64,000 nucleotides of DNA from Octopus vulgaris (lineage: Eukaryota), in the NCBI GenBank assembly GCA_951406725.2, contig OX597819.1, forward strand, positions 122,326,001-122,390,000, read 5' to 3'. Below, piece by piece: positions 36,874 to 50,377 of this stretch. The position numbers were made by a program, and so were the translations under genes. Each line of letters starts with the position of its first letter. Position 1 is the stretch's first letter. Below the pieces are notes generated by a model. It saw only the letters and a list, made by a program, of their open reading frames with translations, had not been told where the DNA came from and searched no databases.

Positions 36874-36914
36874 TTTCGCCTGACGATTGCAGTTTCGGGA
36901 AACGGGTCGTGAAA
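36874..36914 (+). ncRNA. Degenerate minimal hammerhead ribozyme
   Basis: TTTCGC-CTGACGA-TTGCAGTTTCGG-GAAA-CGGG-TC-GTGAAA; stem I pairs, stem II is weak. Confidence 0.5.
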
Positions 36915-37359
36915 CTAACACTTTCAGCTTTAGTTTTAATAAAAAGAAAGACACTCTGTACAAGATATATTGAGCACTTCTCATCCATCCGACATAAAGC
37001 GATGTACATACATACATATATACACACATATATACATTTACATGCACATTTATATACACATGCATTTGTTTCGAACCAACGAAATTGCCCGTAGAGCTGC
37101 TCGACTTGTTAGAAATAGGAAGTAAATGACTTTAAAAATTCCACCTTGCCGTCTCAGAAGCAGAGCAATACATTGTTTAAGGTAGCCCTAGATACACAAT
37201 GAGCGTGAGAAAACAGGACGGTCATGGTTGGACACTTTTGAGTAAAACTGTGCGCAGGCTGAACACAACATCAAGATCAGAATAAACAAACTAGTTAAGA
37301 ACTGCTTTATTTTAAATACTAGACAGCGAGGGAACGAAAGAGAGATAGATAGATAGATA

Positions 37360-37750
37360 GGCGCAGGAGTGGCTGTGTGGTCAGTAGCTTGCTTACCAAC
37401 CACATGGTTCTGGGTTTAGTCCCACTGCGTGGTACCTTGGGCAAGTGTCTTCTACTATAGCCTCGGGCCGACCAAAGCCTTGTGAGTGGATTTGGTAGAC
37501 GGAAACTGAAAGAAGCCTGTCGTATATATGTATATGTGCGTGTATGTTTGTGTGTCTGTGTTTATCCCCCTAGCATTGCTTGACAACCGATGCTGGTGTG
37601 TTTATGTCCCCGTCACTTAGCGGTTCGGCAAAAGAGACCGATAGAATAAGTACTGGGCTTACAAAGAATAAGTCCCGGGGTCGAGTTGCTCGACTAAAGG
37701 CGGTGCTCCAGTATGGCCGCAGTCAACTGACTGAAACAAGTAAAAGAGTA

Positions 37751-37756
<6 letters not shown>
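37360..37756 (+). mobile_element. Full-length SINE family A inserted in (GATA)n
   Basis: Consensus match, CpGs retained. Confidence 0.9.
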
Positions 37757-37816
<60 letters not shown>

Positions 37817-38775
37817 GTACTGTTGACTATCTAACATAAATTATGTTAATTTAATATAGATTTGCACTGAAGTCGATCCTTTGATAAATCACATTATTAC
37901 AATTATCTATATTGACATACATTGCATTTAACAAACATTGTTTTAATGCTCTACGCGTAATTTCAGCGTGCACTTTTCCTTATATTAAGCACGCTGAAAA
38001 AATGCCAGAATCTTCCAACACTAATCCGCTGATGCATAATCTTAAGTAATATTACTGTAAGATTAACTCGTACGGATTCTTATAAATTTCAACTCATCTG
38101 CACCTAAATACAAGATTAAGCGAAGATAAGATCAATAAGATTGTTGAGAAATGCGAATTCTGCAACACAGTCTAGAATTTTTATTTGCTTCTATGAAGAA
38201 TAGTAAAATATGGTAAAAGAAGATTATGATATAAGAAAAGGAATAAAGTGGTAGCGTGGGCGCTAACTAACGTGCATGATGTAGTGAATCTAAACATTTT
38301 AATTAATTAAAAATTACTGATACAGTGAGAAGGACCAATCGGTATCTTAATTATTATCTTAATTACTGAAGACGGTGAATTGGCAAAATTAATATCTCGG
38401 ACAAAACGTTTACTGGCCTTCGTTCCGTTTCTTTACGTTCTGGGTGCAAATTCCGCCAAGGTCAATCTTACCTTTTTATCTTTTCGAGATCGATAAGTCA
38501 AGTACTGGGGCCGATGTAATCGGTTTACTTCCCCTCTCCTTTTCTAAATTGCTGTCCTTGTTCCAAAATTGGAATTATCTTAATTACAAACTCGTGTTAT
38601 GTGAGGACCGCTATGTTAATGAATAGACCCACCAGTGACGACTACCCAAGCAAACGTTATGGGTTGGATGGAGGGCTGTCGCCTGAGGAGATTAGAGGTA
38701 TCATCTGCCAGGAACAGTAGATCAACCAACAAATGGTGAATGCAACGATGCACTGTTACAGCGCATGCCCTCGTA

Positions 38776-38988
38776 CTACTACTACTACTACCACCACCAC
38801 TACAACTACTACCGCCACCACCACAACCACCACCACCACCACCACCACCACCACCACTACTACTACTACCACCACCACCACCACTACAACGACTACTACT
38901 ACTACCACCACTACCACCACCACCACTACTACTACCTACCACCACTACCACTACCACCACCACCACCACCACCACCACCACAACAACC

Positions 38989-39086
<98 letters not shown>

Positions 39087-39087
39087 A
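38776..39087. repeat. Compound trinucleotide repeat (TAC/CAC/CAA)
   Basis: Direct reading; gives homopolymeric ORFs in several frames. Confidence 0.95.
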
Positions 39088-39730
39088 ATCAAGAAAAGCA
39101 AGGTACACAACCATCGTGTTTTTTAAAAAAAAAATTACCCCCAAATATAATACAGTCCCGAATAACTGATATTTGGTAATTCGAAGACAACTCTTACGCA
39201 TATTTCTGTTTTATTCGGCCTCATTAGTGAAGTAAAGCTCAACTGTTATTACAGGAATAGAGAAGTTTACAGCAATGAATACTAAACGGTGTGGGTAGTG
39301 GGTTGTAAACCCAGTCACTACTTCAGGGCATGACCAACCTGTCAGACATGAGTCCACGGGTTCACATGGCTCCAGCTTATAGCATCTAATATTGGACTCT
39401 GTCGAAAATTACCGATCGCTTTTCTATAGATAAATATTTTTGTAACGTTTGAAAATTAATATTTCCTTGAAAATGTTCTTTGTGTTTCAAATTTGTATAA
39501 TGTTTGCATGTATAATGTATTTTGTCTGTATATATAAAAGGCAAGATGTGTGTGTGTGTACGTGAATGTAATTTATGCACGTACACAAATTAGCAAGCAT
39601 GTTGCTCCAATTTTAGGAGGACATTCGTTAAGATCCTAGCTGTATTTTCGTCAACTTATTTCCCCCAGTTGTTAAGACTTTTGTTGCTTTTTTCCATCGG
39701 GGAAAAAAAGTGTTTTGTTGATATACGGAC

Positions 39731-39788
<58 letters not shown>

Positions 39789-40536
39789 AACATGTATGCG
39801 TACAAATGCATGTATGCAATAGGTGTACGTACGTGTGTGTGTGTGTGTGCTGTCCATGTATATATATATATATAAACCAATTTCAACGGATTTCGCCCAA
39901 ATTTGACGTTGTTGTTACTTAGTTTGGTTTGAAATAAAGAACTTGATTAGCTTAATAATCTTCACTTGATTTCCTTCGATATTCTTTTCTATTCTAGACA
40001 CAAGGCCCTAAACTTATGGGGAAGTGGCCAGTCGATTAGATCGACCCTAGTATGCAACTGGTACTTAATTTATCGACCTCGAAAGGATGACAGGTGAAGT
40101 CGACCTCGGCGGGATTTTATTCGATATTACCAGTGTAATAACAACTTTACTGTAACTTTTAGGAGTGTACATACTTCTGTGAGACACTGTATATCTCTTA
40201 GCTAGTTTCTCGTATACGAGCAAAGGCATTGCTAGAAAGATTCATTGAAATGAGACATTGTTGATGCATAGTGAGGCCCTTATGTAACTCTTAAGTTTTG
40301 CACGTTCTATTACATAATACACAGCCGTGCTGGCTGGCAGAAGGAACAGGTACCACAGTATGAACTCTTTTGACATACTTTTTCAATCCTCCAACTGAGA
40401 GGCACACCTTTCCACGTGTTGCACATGCTCGGTTGTAAACAATAGCCATATCACAATTTACTATGTGTATGCATAACTATATGCATATATGAATTTATAC
40501 ATTTACACACACACACACACACACGCACACTCACAC

Positions 40537-40600
<64 letters not shown>

Positions 40601-40814
40601 GTATATATATAATTAATAATATCAGGGTAATAAAGATTTTAGAAATTTTTACTACCTGTGGCCTAGCGTGTAGAAAAATTAGTAAATAGACTATATATTA
40701 TTCATACAAATATAGTGTATTTATCCCTAATAGTGGTTTGGACTTTAGCTGTTCCTTCTAGCGTGAAAGGAATCCTATGAAGGATACTTCTTATGCGTTT
40801 AAATGTACACGGTA

Positions 40815-41147
40815 TTTATATGTATACATATATGTATGTATGTATGTATGTATGCATGCATGTATGTATGTATGTATGTATGTATGCATGTATGTATGTA
40901 TATATATATATATACACACACACATATATATATATACATATATATATATATGTATATATAAATGTGTATATGAAATATGTGTATATATATATATGTATAT
41001 ATGTATGTATGTATGTATGCATGTATGTATGTATGTATATATATATATATATACACACACATATATATATATACATATATATATATGTATATATAAATGT
41101 GTATATGAAATATGTGTATATATATGTATATATGTAAATATATATGC

Positions 41148-41188
<41 letters not shown>
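40815..41188. repeat. (TATG)/(TA) compound microsatellite with an internal duplication
   Basis: AAATGTGTATATGAAATATGTG occurs twice (~40960 and ~41095). Confidence 0.9.
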
Positions 41189-41190
<2 letters not shown>

Positions 41191-41624
41191 AACAAAGGGT
41201 AAAATTAATTAATTGATCAGATATCGATTGATTTTCGTTTGCTTTACCCTCTGCCTGTGTTTAAACTTCTAGTATTTTGAGTTCTCTGGAAGAGCCTTTT
41301 TAAAGTAGAAGAAATGGCTAAGATTTTGGCTGCTATATCTGAACTTCGGTATGCGGCGACGCAATTCTTTTGCCGAACCCTTATTATTAGTATATATATA
41401 TATATATATATATTCTTTTATTCTTTTACTTGTTTCAGTCATTTAACTGCATCACCTTTAGTCGAACAAATCCATCCCAGGACTTATTCTTTGTAAGCCT
41501 AGTACTTATTCTATCGGTATCTTTTGCCGAACCGCTAATTTACGGGGACGTAAACGCACCAGCATCGGTTATCAAGTGATGGTGGGGGACAGTCACAGAC
41601 ACACAAACATATACATACATACAT

Positions 41625-41868
41625 GATGGCTGCCCCCTCGTTATCGAGTATGGCCATTGCACGAAGCGTAACTGTTATTGGTGCTGTGATCGAATGTGAC
41701 TTTTTAGCCCAGCTAAAGATCTACAATGTCTTGTACAGAATTGGCAGCTAAAACCTTTACCGGTAATAGCCGGCTGTAGTTGTAACTGGGCTTCATGTAC
41801 CTTTGCATGTCGTTTAAGTCCTCCTGCCGAATTACACTCTCTTTCACATGCCTGACAGATATGATTAA
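41625..41868 (-). pseudogene. 3' end of an RTE-type LINE encoding two C2H2 fingers
   Basis: HICQACERECNSAGGLKRHAKVH..FSCQFCTRHCRSLAGLKSHIRSQHQ*, then a short 3' UTR and (ATGT)n tail, nested in a SINE. Confidence 0.7.
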
Positions 41869-41874
41869 CGTACA

Positions 41875-41910
<36 letters not shown>

Positions 41911-41962
41911 TATATACAACGGACTTATTTCAGTTTCCGTCTCCCAAATCCACTCACAAGGC

Positions 41963-42033
<71 letters not shown>

Positions 42034-42711
42034 CACACACATATATGTATTTGTTTGTCCATGTTTGTCCCTCAACCACCGCTTGACAACCGATGCTGGT
42101 GTGTTTACGTCCCAGTAAATTAGCAGTTCGGCAAAAGAGATCGATAGACTAAGTGCCAGGCTTGCAAAGAACAAATCCTGGAGTCGATGCATTCGACTAA
42201 AGGCGGTGCTCCAGCATGGCCGAAGCCAAATGACTGAATCAAATAAACGGGAAAAAAGAATACACATACAAACACACACAGACGCACAGAACGCGCGCAC
42301 ACATAAACAAAATAAATATATAAAATAATTCAGATATTGTTTACATTGACATAATAATTAGATTAAATACGCATTCTTAAAAAATTGCTATATATATATA
42401 TTACGACTAGGTATGCTCCCTACGGATAACTGATAATGATAATGATGGCTAGGAGGTGAAAAAGGAAACGGAAGGGGTGACTAGCAGTAATATCACTGGA
42501 ATTCATTCAAATTTCATTAACAAAATTTTTCTTTTCCGACACATCACTTTACATTATTTTCAAAAATATAATTATCTTTCTTGTTTTGGCAACAATTTGA
42601 AATTCATATGCCTTGTACTTAACACTAAAATGTACTTTTATTTAGTCGAAAGTGAAGTTTCTTTCACAATAACTATATATATATATTCACAATATATATA
42701 TATATATATAT

Positions 42712-42905
42712 AGTTGAAATTTACAGAAAAACAAAAGACAGGTGTATGAAAAGAAACGTGCAGGTGAATTAGTTTAACGCTCGGGAAGGTGAGAATGTCT
42801 TTCAAGTTTCGAGCCTACGCTTTGCAACAGAAAAGAATATGAGAAAATAAACAAAGAGAGAATAATAAAAAAAGCTTTTGGAGCTAGCGGTCAATCATGG
42901 TGGCT
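42712..42905 (-). mobile_element. Small Penelope pLTR-like element with a degenerate hammerhead (second copy ~60475-60646 +)
   Basis: Minus strand CTTTT-CTGTTGCAAAGCGTAGGCTC-GAAACTTGAAAG; abuts (TA)n. Confidence 0.5.
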
Positions 42906-42924
42906 GGTTGGATAGAAGTAGTTA

Positions 42925-42969
<45 letters not shown>

Positions 42970-43083
42970 ACACATATATATAGTTAATCCAAACGTGAAA
43001 ACACAAAGAGAAAACACAACAACGCGAGGACGTGGAACAAATATAGTATTATTGGACGCTCAGGAAAGAAGGAAAGAAGGAGG

Positions 43084-43118
43084 GTTTAACGTTTCGAGCG
43101 GAGCTCTTCGTCAGAAAC
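43084..43118 (-). ncRNA. Minimal type I hammerhead ribozyme in a TA-flanked element (42983-43190)
   Basis: GTTT-CTGACGA-A-GAGC-TCC-GCTC-GAAA-CG-T-T-AAAC: stems I and II are perfect, stem III is the palindrome ACGT. Confidence 0.75.
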
Positions 43119-43458
43119 ATAGGAAAAGGAAAGATCCAAAGAAGGGAAGACAGAGGAAAAAAAATCGCCAACGGTACACACGCGGTCACATACATACATA
43201 TATATGTGTGTGTATATATATTTTAGAAATTTCTGTCAGCCTTTTTTCGAGTAGCTTGCGTATTGTGAAAAAATTATATGGTTAATGGACAATATGTCCA
43301 ATTTTTCGGCATATTTGGCATTAGAATTTTTTCCTTTGCCCTCATTTATGAATTGTTTATAAATTTAACCGTTAAAGGTATTTTTTAATATGCAGACCAT
43401 TGATAACATTTTTTTCGAGAAAATATTTTTTTTTCGAAAAGAATTTTATCCTCACATT

Positions 43459-43525
<67 letters not shown>

Positions 43526-43576
43526 GAGTAGGAAGAAATGGAGCTGAACGAAGATTTAACAAAATTCCTTTTTATT

Positions 43577-43662
43577 ATTTTCTACATATGTTTCAAAGGC
43601 TGCAAAGTCCCTAATTCAGATTGAATAAGGAGTCCATTTTGCAGCCTTCTCTTCAGGAAAAT
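43577..43662 (-). ncRNA. Type I hammerhead ribozyme, near intact
   Basis: ATTTTC-CTGAAGA-GAAGGCTGCAAA..TTTGCAGCCTTT-GAAA-CATATG-TA-GAAAAT: 6-bp stem I, 12-bp stem II, palindromic stem III ACATATGT, GUA cleavage triplet. Confidence 0.85.
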
Positions 43663-44267
43663 CCCGGAACTTAATTCTCCAACAAAATGCACAGCAAGCT
43701 TTTCGACAAACGCTCACGAGGAGCCCATGGGATAAATGGCACAAAACTGTCTATCAATATGCGTTGACGCCAGGCTGGGTGAAAGCCGACGAAAAAGTCC
43801 GTTGAGATAAATCAAGGTCAAAATCCGGTTAACAGGGTGGGTTACAGGAAAATCAAAGAGTGTGAATGTATTCTGTATGACTGGTGTTAATATTCGAATT
43901 GTTTTAAGAATGAGTGCTATAGTGTTTGGGTGTGAGAAATTGCCTACATGTATGTGTGTGTGCGTCTATGTATGTGTTGCGGTGTGTTTAGAAGGCTGCA
44001 AGGGAGAGAGATATAGCAGATATTAATGGTCAAGCAGCAGAAAAGACTGTGTCTGTGTGTTCGTCTGTAACCGGTTGAAAGAGAAATGGGGTGCACATAC
44101 ATTTCTTCCTACACTAAATATATAAAACTTCAAATTTCCGCACTAAGGCACGGGTTTGAGACCCCATGGTCGTAACCTCTACCGTGATTCTTCTGTTGTG
44201 ATTTTTGCTACCCAGGTATCGGTTATCATTTGAATAATCCGTAATAAGAAAATTCATTTATCTACTT

Positions 44268-44307
<40 letters not shown>

Positions 44308-44329
44308 TTATGTATACATACACACATCT

Positions 44330-44697
44330 CTCTTTTATTCTCTTTTACTTGTTTCAGTCATTTGACTGTGGCCATGCTGGATCACCGCCTTTAGTCGAGC
44401 AAATCGACCCCAGGATTTATTCTTTGTAAGCCTAGTACTTATTCTGTCGGTCTCTTTAGCCAAACCGCTAAATTACAGGGACGTAAACACACCAGCATCG
44501 GTTGTCAAGTGATGTTGGGTGGGGGGCAAACACAGACATACAAACATAAACACATGCACATACATATATACATACACACACACAGACACACACACGTATA
44601 TAGATATACGAAGGGCTTCTTTCAGTTTCCGTCTACCAAATCCACTCACAAGGCTTTGGTCAGCCCGGGGCTATAGTAGAAGACACTTGCCCAAGGT
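44330..44697 (-). mobile_element. 5'-truncated SINE family A
   Basis: Consensus match. Confidence 0.85.
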
Positions 44698-44907
44698 CAC
44701 AAAGACATTCCTTCAGAATCAGATTCCAAAGGGCAGATATATAGAAGAAACCTGAATAATTTCTGTCACTTGTGTTTTAAACCCTGTCAGTGAGCAGCTG
44801 GTCCTAAAAGTCATTTAAGGGCTCATCAACGGAGTCATTGTGCTGTGTGATGGAGTGTGGTGTGTGTGTTGATGGGACGGCTATCATCTCAAGATGAAGC
44901 AATCATG

Positions 44908-44919
44908 TACATACATACA

Positions 44920-44955
<36 letters not shown>

Positions 44956-44979
44956 TATATGTGTGTATATATATACATG

Positions 44980-45064
<85 letters not shown>

Positions 45065-45182
45065 GTATATATATGTATATATATATGTATATATATATAT
45101 TATATATATGTATATATATATATGTATATATGTATATATGTATATATATATATGTGTATATATATATATACGTATATATATG

Positions 45183-45254
<72 letters not shown>
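44908..45254. repeat. (CATA)/(TA)/(CA) microsatellite
   Basis: Direct reading. Confidence 0.95.
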
Positions 45255-45256
<2 letters not shown>

Positions 45257-45696
45257 AATAAGACTACGAACTCCTCTGGATGTTTACTAACAAACCGCTC
45301 TTATTATTTCCCTAACACGTTGTAACTGAGTGCTTTAGTGTGTCTGTTAGAGTATCTACTCTGAAACAAAAACTTGCCTATTACATGAAACCAAACATGT
45401 TCATATACAGATAAAGCACCCTTTACTCTTCGATTGCTTTTCCTTTGTATTCATCATTCTTATTCAACAAGCACCTGCATATATACGCCTATTTGCAGCG
45501 ACCGTGTGGGAGGATGCTGGCTTAACGTCAACTGCAACCATGTTTAACTATTGCACACATCAAAGAACCACTTTTACAACATTAATCATTGTCAGCTCAT
45601 GAACATTAGAAACACTGGGCATTACAATTCCATAGGATCACACTCGGTCAACAAATATCTACAGCACATCCAAAAACGAAACCTTTCTTTTAATAT

Positions 45697-46085
45697 GGCG
45701 AGCTAGCAGAATTGTTAATAAGTCATGCAAAATGCTTAGTGGTATTTCGTCCGCCGAGCTGGCAGAAACGTTAGCACGCCGGGCGAAATGCTTAGCGGTA
45801 TTTCGTCTGCGTTACGTTGTGAGTTCAAATTCCGCCGAGGTCGACTTTGCCTTTCATCCTTTCGGGGTCGATAAATTAAGTACCAGTTACATACTGGGGT
45901 CGATGTAATCGACTTAATACCTATGTCTGTCCTTGTTTGTCCGCTCTGTGTTTAGCCCCTTGTGGGTAATAAAGAAATAGGTATTTCGTCCGTCTATATG
46001 TTCTGAGTTCAAATTCCGCTGAGGTCAACTTTCAGCTTTTCGGGGTCGATAAAATAAGTAGCAGCTGAGCACTGGGATCGACCCC
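45697..46085 (+). mobile_element. SINE family B multimer
   Basis: Head restarts at ~45755; AAGAAATA|GGTATTTCG junction at ~45980. Confidence 0.8.
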
Positions 46086-46589
46086 GTCCCTATCAAAGGG
46101 TGGAGGCGTTGGAACTGAGCACCTACGATAGTCGAGGGATTTGTTCCTTCTTCTCATACTTGTCGGCCTTGGACCCTGCAACGGACCATTAAGGAGACAG
46201 CTATGATCTCGGCCAGCAACCGTCTCTGTTGTAGGCACAGTAACCTCCCCTGACGGTTGCTGACGCAATAGCCCGCCGCTAGGCGGAGTAGCGTCTAACT
46301 TTTGAATTCTGGGACTTGTTTCTCTCTCTTTTTCACCGCGGCTCACAGCAAGCAAGACGTGACATCCTCAGCTCTTAATCTCAGCATGGAGAGATGCACA
46401 ACCATGAGACAAGCAACGGCAAGTAGACATTGAGCCACTATGATTTAGATTTTACTGAAGATGGTCTTCACTTGTAAATATTTTGTATAACTTATACTAC
46501 TTGTTCATAACTGAGACCTCAATTAAAAGGCATAAAAACTACAACTTGGTTCTGATACCTGTTTCACCTATTCGTAAAGAAAAAAAAGG

Positions 46590-47245
46590 GGAAGTCAACC
46601 TCGGTGGAATTTGAACTCAGAACGTAGCGGCAGACAAAATACCTATTTCTTTACTACCCACAAGGGGCTAAAACCAGAGAGGACAAACAAGGACAGACAG
46701 ACGGATTAAGTCGATTATATCGACCCCAGTGCGTAACTGGTACTTATTTAATCGACCCCGAAAGGATGAAAGGCAAAGTCGACCTCGGCGGAATTTGAAC
46801 TCAGAACGTAGCGGCAGACGAAATACCTATTTCTTTACTACCCACAAGGGGCTAAACACAGACAAGACAAACAAGGATAGACAAAAGGTATTAAGTCGAT
46901 TACATCGAGCCCAATGCGTAAATAGTACTTAATTTATCGACCCCGAAAGGATGAAAGGCAAAGTCGACCTCGGCGGAATTTGAACTCAGAACGTAGCGGC
47001 AGATGAAATACTTATTTCTTTACTTATATATATTTCTTTATAATCCACAAGGGGCTAAACACAGAGAGGACAAACAAGGACAGACAAAAGGTATTAAGTC
47101 GATTACATCGACCCCAGTGCGTAACTGATACTTAATTTATCGACCCCGAAAGGATGAAAGGCAAAGTCGACCTCGGCGGAATTTGAACTCGGAGCGTAAC
47201 GGCAGACGAAATACTGCTAAGCATAACGATCCTACCATCTCGCCG
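46590..47245 (-). mobile_element. Tandem multimer of SINE family B (184-bp period)
   Basis: Junctions at 46638, 46822 and 47007. Confidence 0.88.
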
Positions 47246-47827
47246 TCATACCCTAGGCCTCAGTATTGATACACCAAAAGATTTTCTTTATTCTCATATG
47301 TTCATCACCGATATTGGTTTCGTTTTCAACGTCGCCCTACTTTATAGAAAGGAGACCTCTCCCTAAGAGAAAGAAGACTTCTCGCTACTTTATAGAAAGG
47401 AAATCAGGGTGTCGTATCTATTGTACATTTTTCAAGAACATTGACAAATATAATTGAAATGAAGTGGTTTCAAGCAAGGATTGAAATGGCATTCCAAGAT
47501 TATCCCAGCGTGATACAGAAGGTATTATGGGAAAGTCTTTCGACTGGCGAACATTCATTAACAAACTGGATGTTGACGTCTAAACAACCAAAACAAACAT
47601 CCAAATTTTATCTGAAAGATATAATTATGATGTTGTTTTCCTGGTTTTGTTTATTTAGGACGATGAAAATATATCTCAGAAAATAGCTAATTATCGCCGG
47701 GAAAGCTATAGTGTATGAGGATTCATTAATTTTGATATTTTTTCTTCATTTCCCGAAGATTAAAAACAAACGTGATCAAAAATAGAATGAAAAGTTCATT
47801 CACAGAATATGATGACTGATCACATGT

Positions 47828-47910
<83 letters not shown>

Positions 47911-47986
47911 TATGTAACGTAATATATGAAATTATATATATTGTATAATATATAATAGATGATTAAAAATTATGTGTATATATGTC

Positions 47987-48039
<53 letters not shown>

Positions 48040-48549
48040 CCAAAGTGTAAGTACGCCGCTATATATATATATATATAATACAAAATGGGATACACATACA
48101 TGTACACATACACACTCACACACGATGTTCATGTCATTGTTCTATATTCTATGACAAAACGTATCTTTCATTTTGTCATGTTTCCAGACGATTTTGAAGT
48201 ATCAAGAGTTACAGATAGCAAGATGCGAAATTAATTGTTTTCGTTCGTTGCATTTGATTGGCCAGGGATCTAATTCTAGATTGCGTGCTGAAAGAGACAC
48301 GGATTCTGTATGGTAGACTCTCTGTATACAGGTCAAGTTTAAGCAGTCTGTCGAAAGATTTTAATGAATGAAACATTAAGGAGGTGAAATAGCTGTCTAT
48401 AATTACAATTAGTATAACTGATCATATCTTCAACTCTCGTCATTTGTAGTACGTATTCAGTAGCATCGTATACAAGGCTGTACAGTATTTGTATTACTAA
48501 TTTGTTGAAACAGGATCTGTGAGTGGTCTTTATCATCGGTAAACATATA

Positions 48550-48794
48550 CTCTTTTACTCTTTTACTCTTTTATTTGTTTCAGTCATTTGACTGCGGCCA
48601 TGCTGGAGCACCGCCTTTAGTCGAGCAAATCGACCCCGGGACTTATTCTTTGTAAGCCTAGTACTTATTCTATCGGTCTCTTTTGTCGAACCGCTAAGTG
48701 ATGGGGACGTAAACACACCAGAATTGGTTGTCAAGCAATGCTAGGGAGACAAACACAGACACACAAACACATACACACAAACACATACACACAA

Positions 48795-48867
<73 letters not shown>

Positions 48868-49032
48868 TACGACAGGCTTCTTTCAGTTTCCGTCTACCAA
48901 ATCTACCCACAAGGCTTTGGTCGGCCCGAGGCTATAGTAGAAGACACTTGCCCAAGGTGCCATGCAGTGGGACTGAACCCAGAACCATGTGGTTGGTAAG
49001 CAAGCTACTTACCACACAGCCACTCATGCGCC
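48550..49032 (-). mobile_element. Full-length SINE family A
   Basis: Consensus match. Confidence 0.9.
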
Positions 49033-49835
49033 TATATAAAGTCAGTTATAAAAAAAAGGAATAAATCTCAAGGCGGTGAACCGACAGGATGTTAAGGTGT
49101 CGAACAAAATGCTTAGCGGTGTTTCCTCTGGTTTTGTACGTTCTGAGCTCAAATCGTGTCGAGGTCAACCTTTGTAGATCCTTTTGGGGTCGATAAAATA
49201 AAGCAGCAGTCAAACTACAGGGGTCGATATAATCGTCTTGTTTCATCCACTCAAAATTGCTGGTTTCGAACCCTGCAACGGACCGGAGTCTCGTTCAAGG
49301 GGTACGTTGTTATCTTGGTCACTTATACTCCATGGAAACTCAGTAAGCAGCCTCATGAATCCTAGAGCTAAAAAACATATTTTTTTTTTTAAATCTCAAA
49401 GTAAGTTACAGTTCTGCTTATGAAACGAAAGAAACATGGGAAAATGCTTATATTTCATTTAAACACAATGAGTAATTGTTTAAAGTGTGATTAAGCCAAA
49501 TATTTCATGTCAGCGACTGATAAAACGTGACTTGTAACAAAATGATAAAACAACTTATATAATGGCAATACACGTGACAAAAGATGAAAAAATAGCACCT
49601 TTTATGTAATATCTTAAATAAAACAATGAACAAAAAATATCCATTAAGTCAATCACCAATCCTAGCTTTTAATGATACCTTTTTTCCCGAAAGATTTTGT
49701 GAAAATTTCTTTGACTTTTTCTAGATTTTCCCTATCAGCCATCTTAGAGAGTATCACCCTTTTTATTTTCATTAGTTCCAATTAATATGCTATTAACTAA
49801 AGTTGTTCTCTTAATGACAGGTACATAAAACATAC

Positions 49836-50250
49836 CCTCAATAGATATTCCAAGAGAATTCTTTGTCTCCATTCCTAGTCTGCTTCCTGTTAACACATTT
49901 AATCAACAGTCACACAGGCTCGGATTTAAATACTATGAAAGGATAATCAGCCAACTTTTGTACATGGAAGACCTGAAGATGTACGATGCAAACGATAAAG
50001 AAAAGACAGAGTTAGAACTCAGAGCTTTACTAAAGGAATTCACATGAAATTCGGCTTAGTAAAAAAAATGTGTCACAACAATCTTGTCATTACTTTCTCC
50101 TGTTTGATGAAGAATCAGAGATAAGGGGATTAGAGTGAACATAAATAAAGAGTTATAAATACTTAGAATAATTGAATTAGTCAGATTACGGCATAGACAA
50201 ATGAAAGAAAAAAAGCAGAGAGGGAATATTACAAACGCATTACGTTATTA
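49836..50250 (+). pseudogene. R4/Dong-like reverse transcriptase relic
   Basis: IFQENSLSP, ISQLLYMEDLKMY, MKFGL and YKYL motifs in shifting frames. Confidence 0.65.
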
Positions 50251-50377
50251 CTTTTGTAGGATTACAAAAATATCTAGTAAAATATAAAAGGAAACAATGT
50301 AAATATCTACAGAATGTGAACGAAACGAAACAAAAAAAGAAACTGGTTTTTGTCTTCAAGCTAGCCTATATATTATA

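Noticed and set aside
38616-39201. Long poly-T/P/H/V/G ORFs, and YI/VC/MYVC ORFs at 2.9, 40.8, 44.9 and 62 kb
   Set aside because: These are translations of stop-free microsatellites.
41675-41899. Host C2H2 zinc-finger gene (family expanded in cephalopods)
   Set aside because: No TGEKP linkers, begins in a microsatellite, and ends in a retroelement tail shared with 27640-27682.
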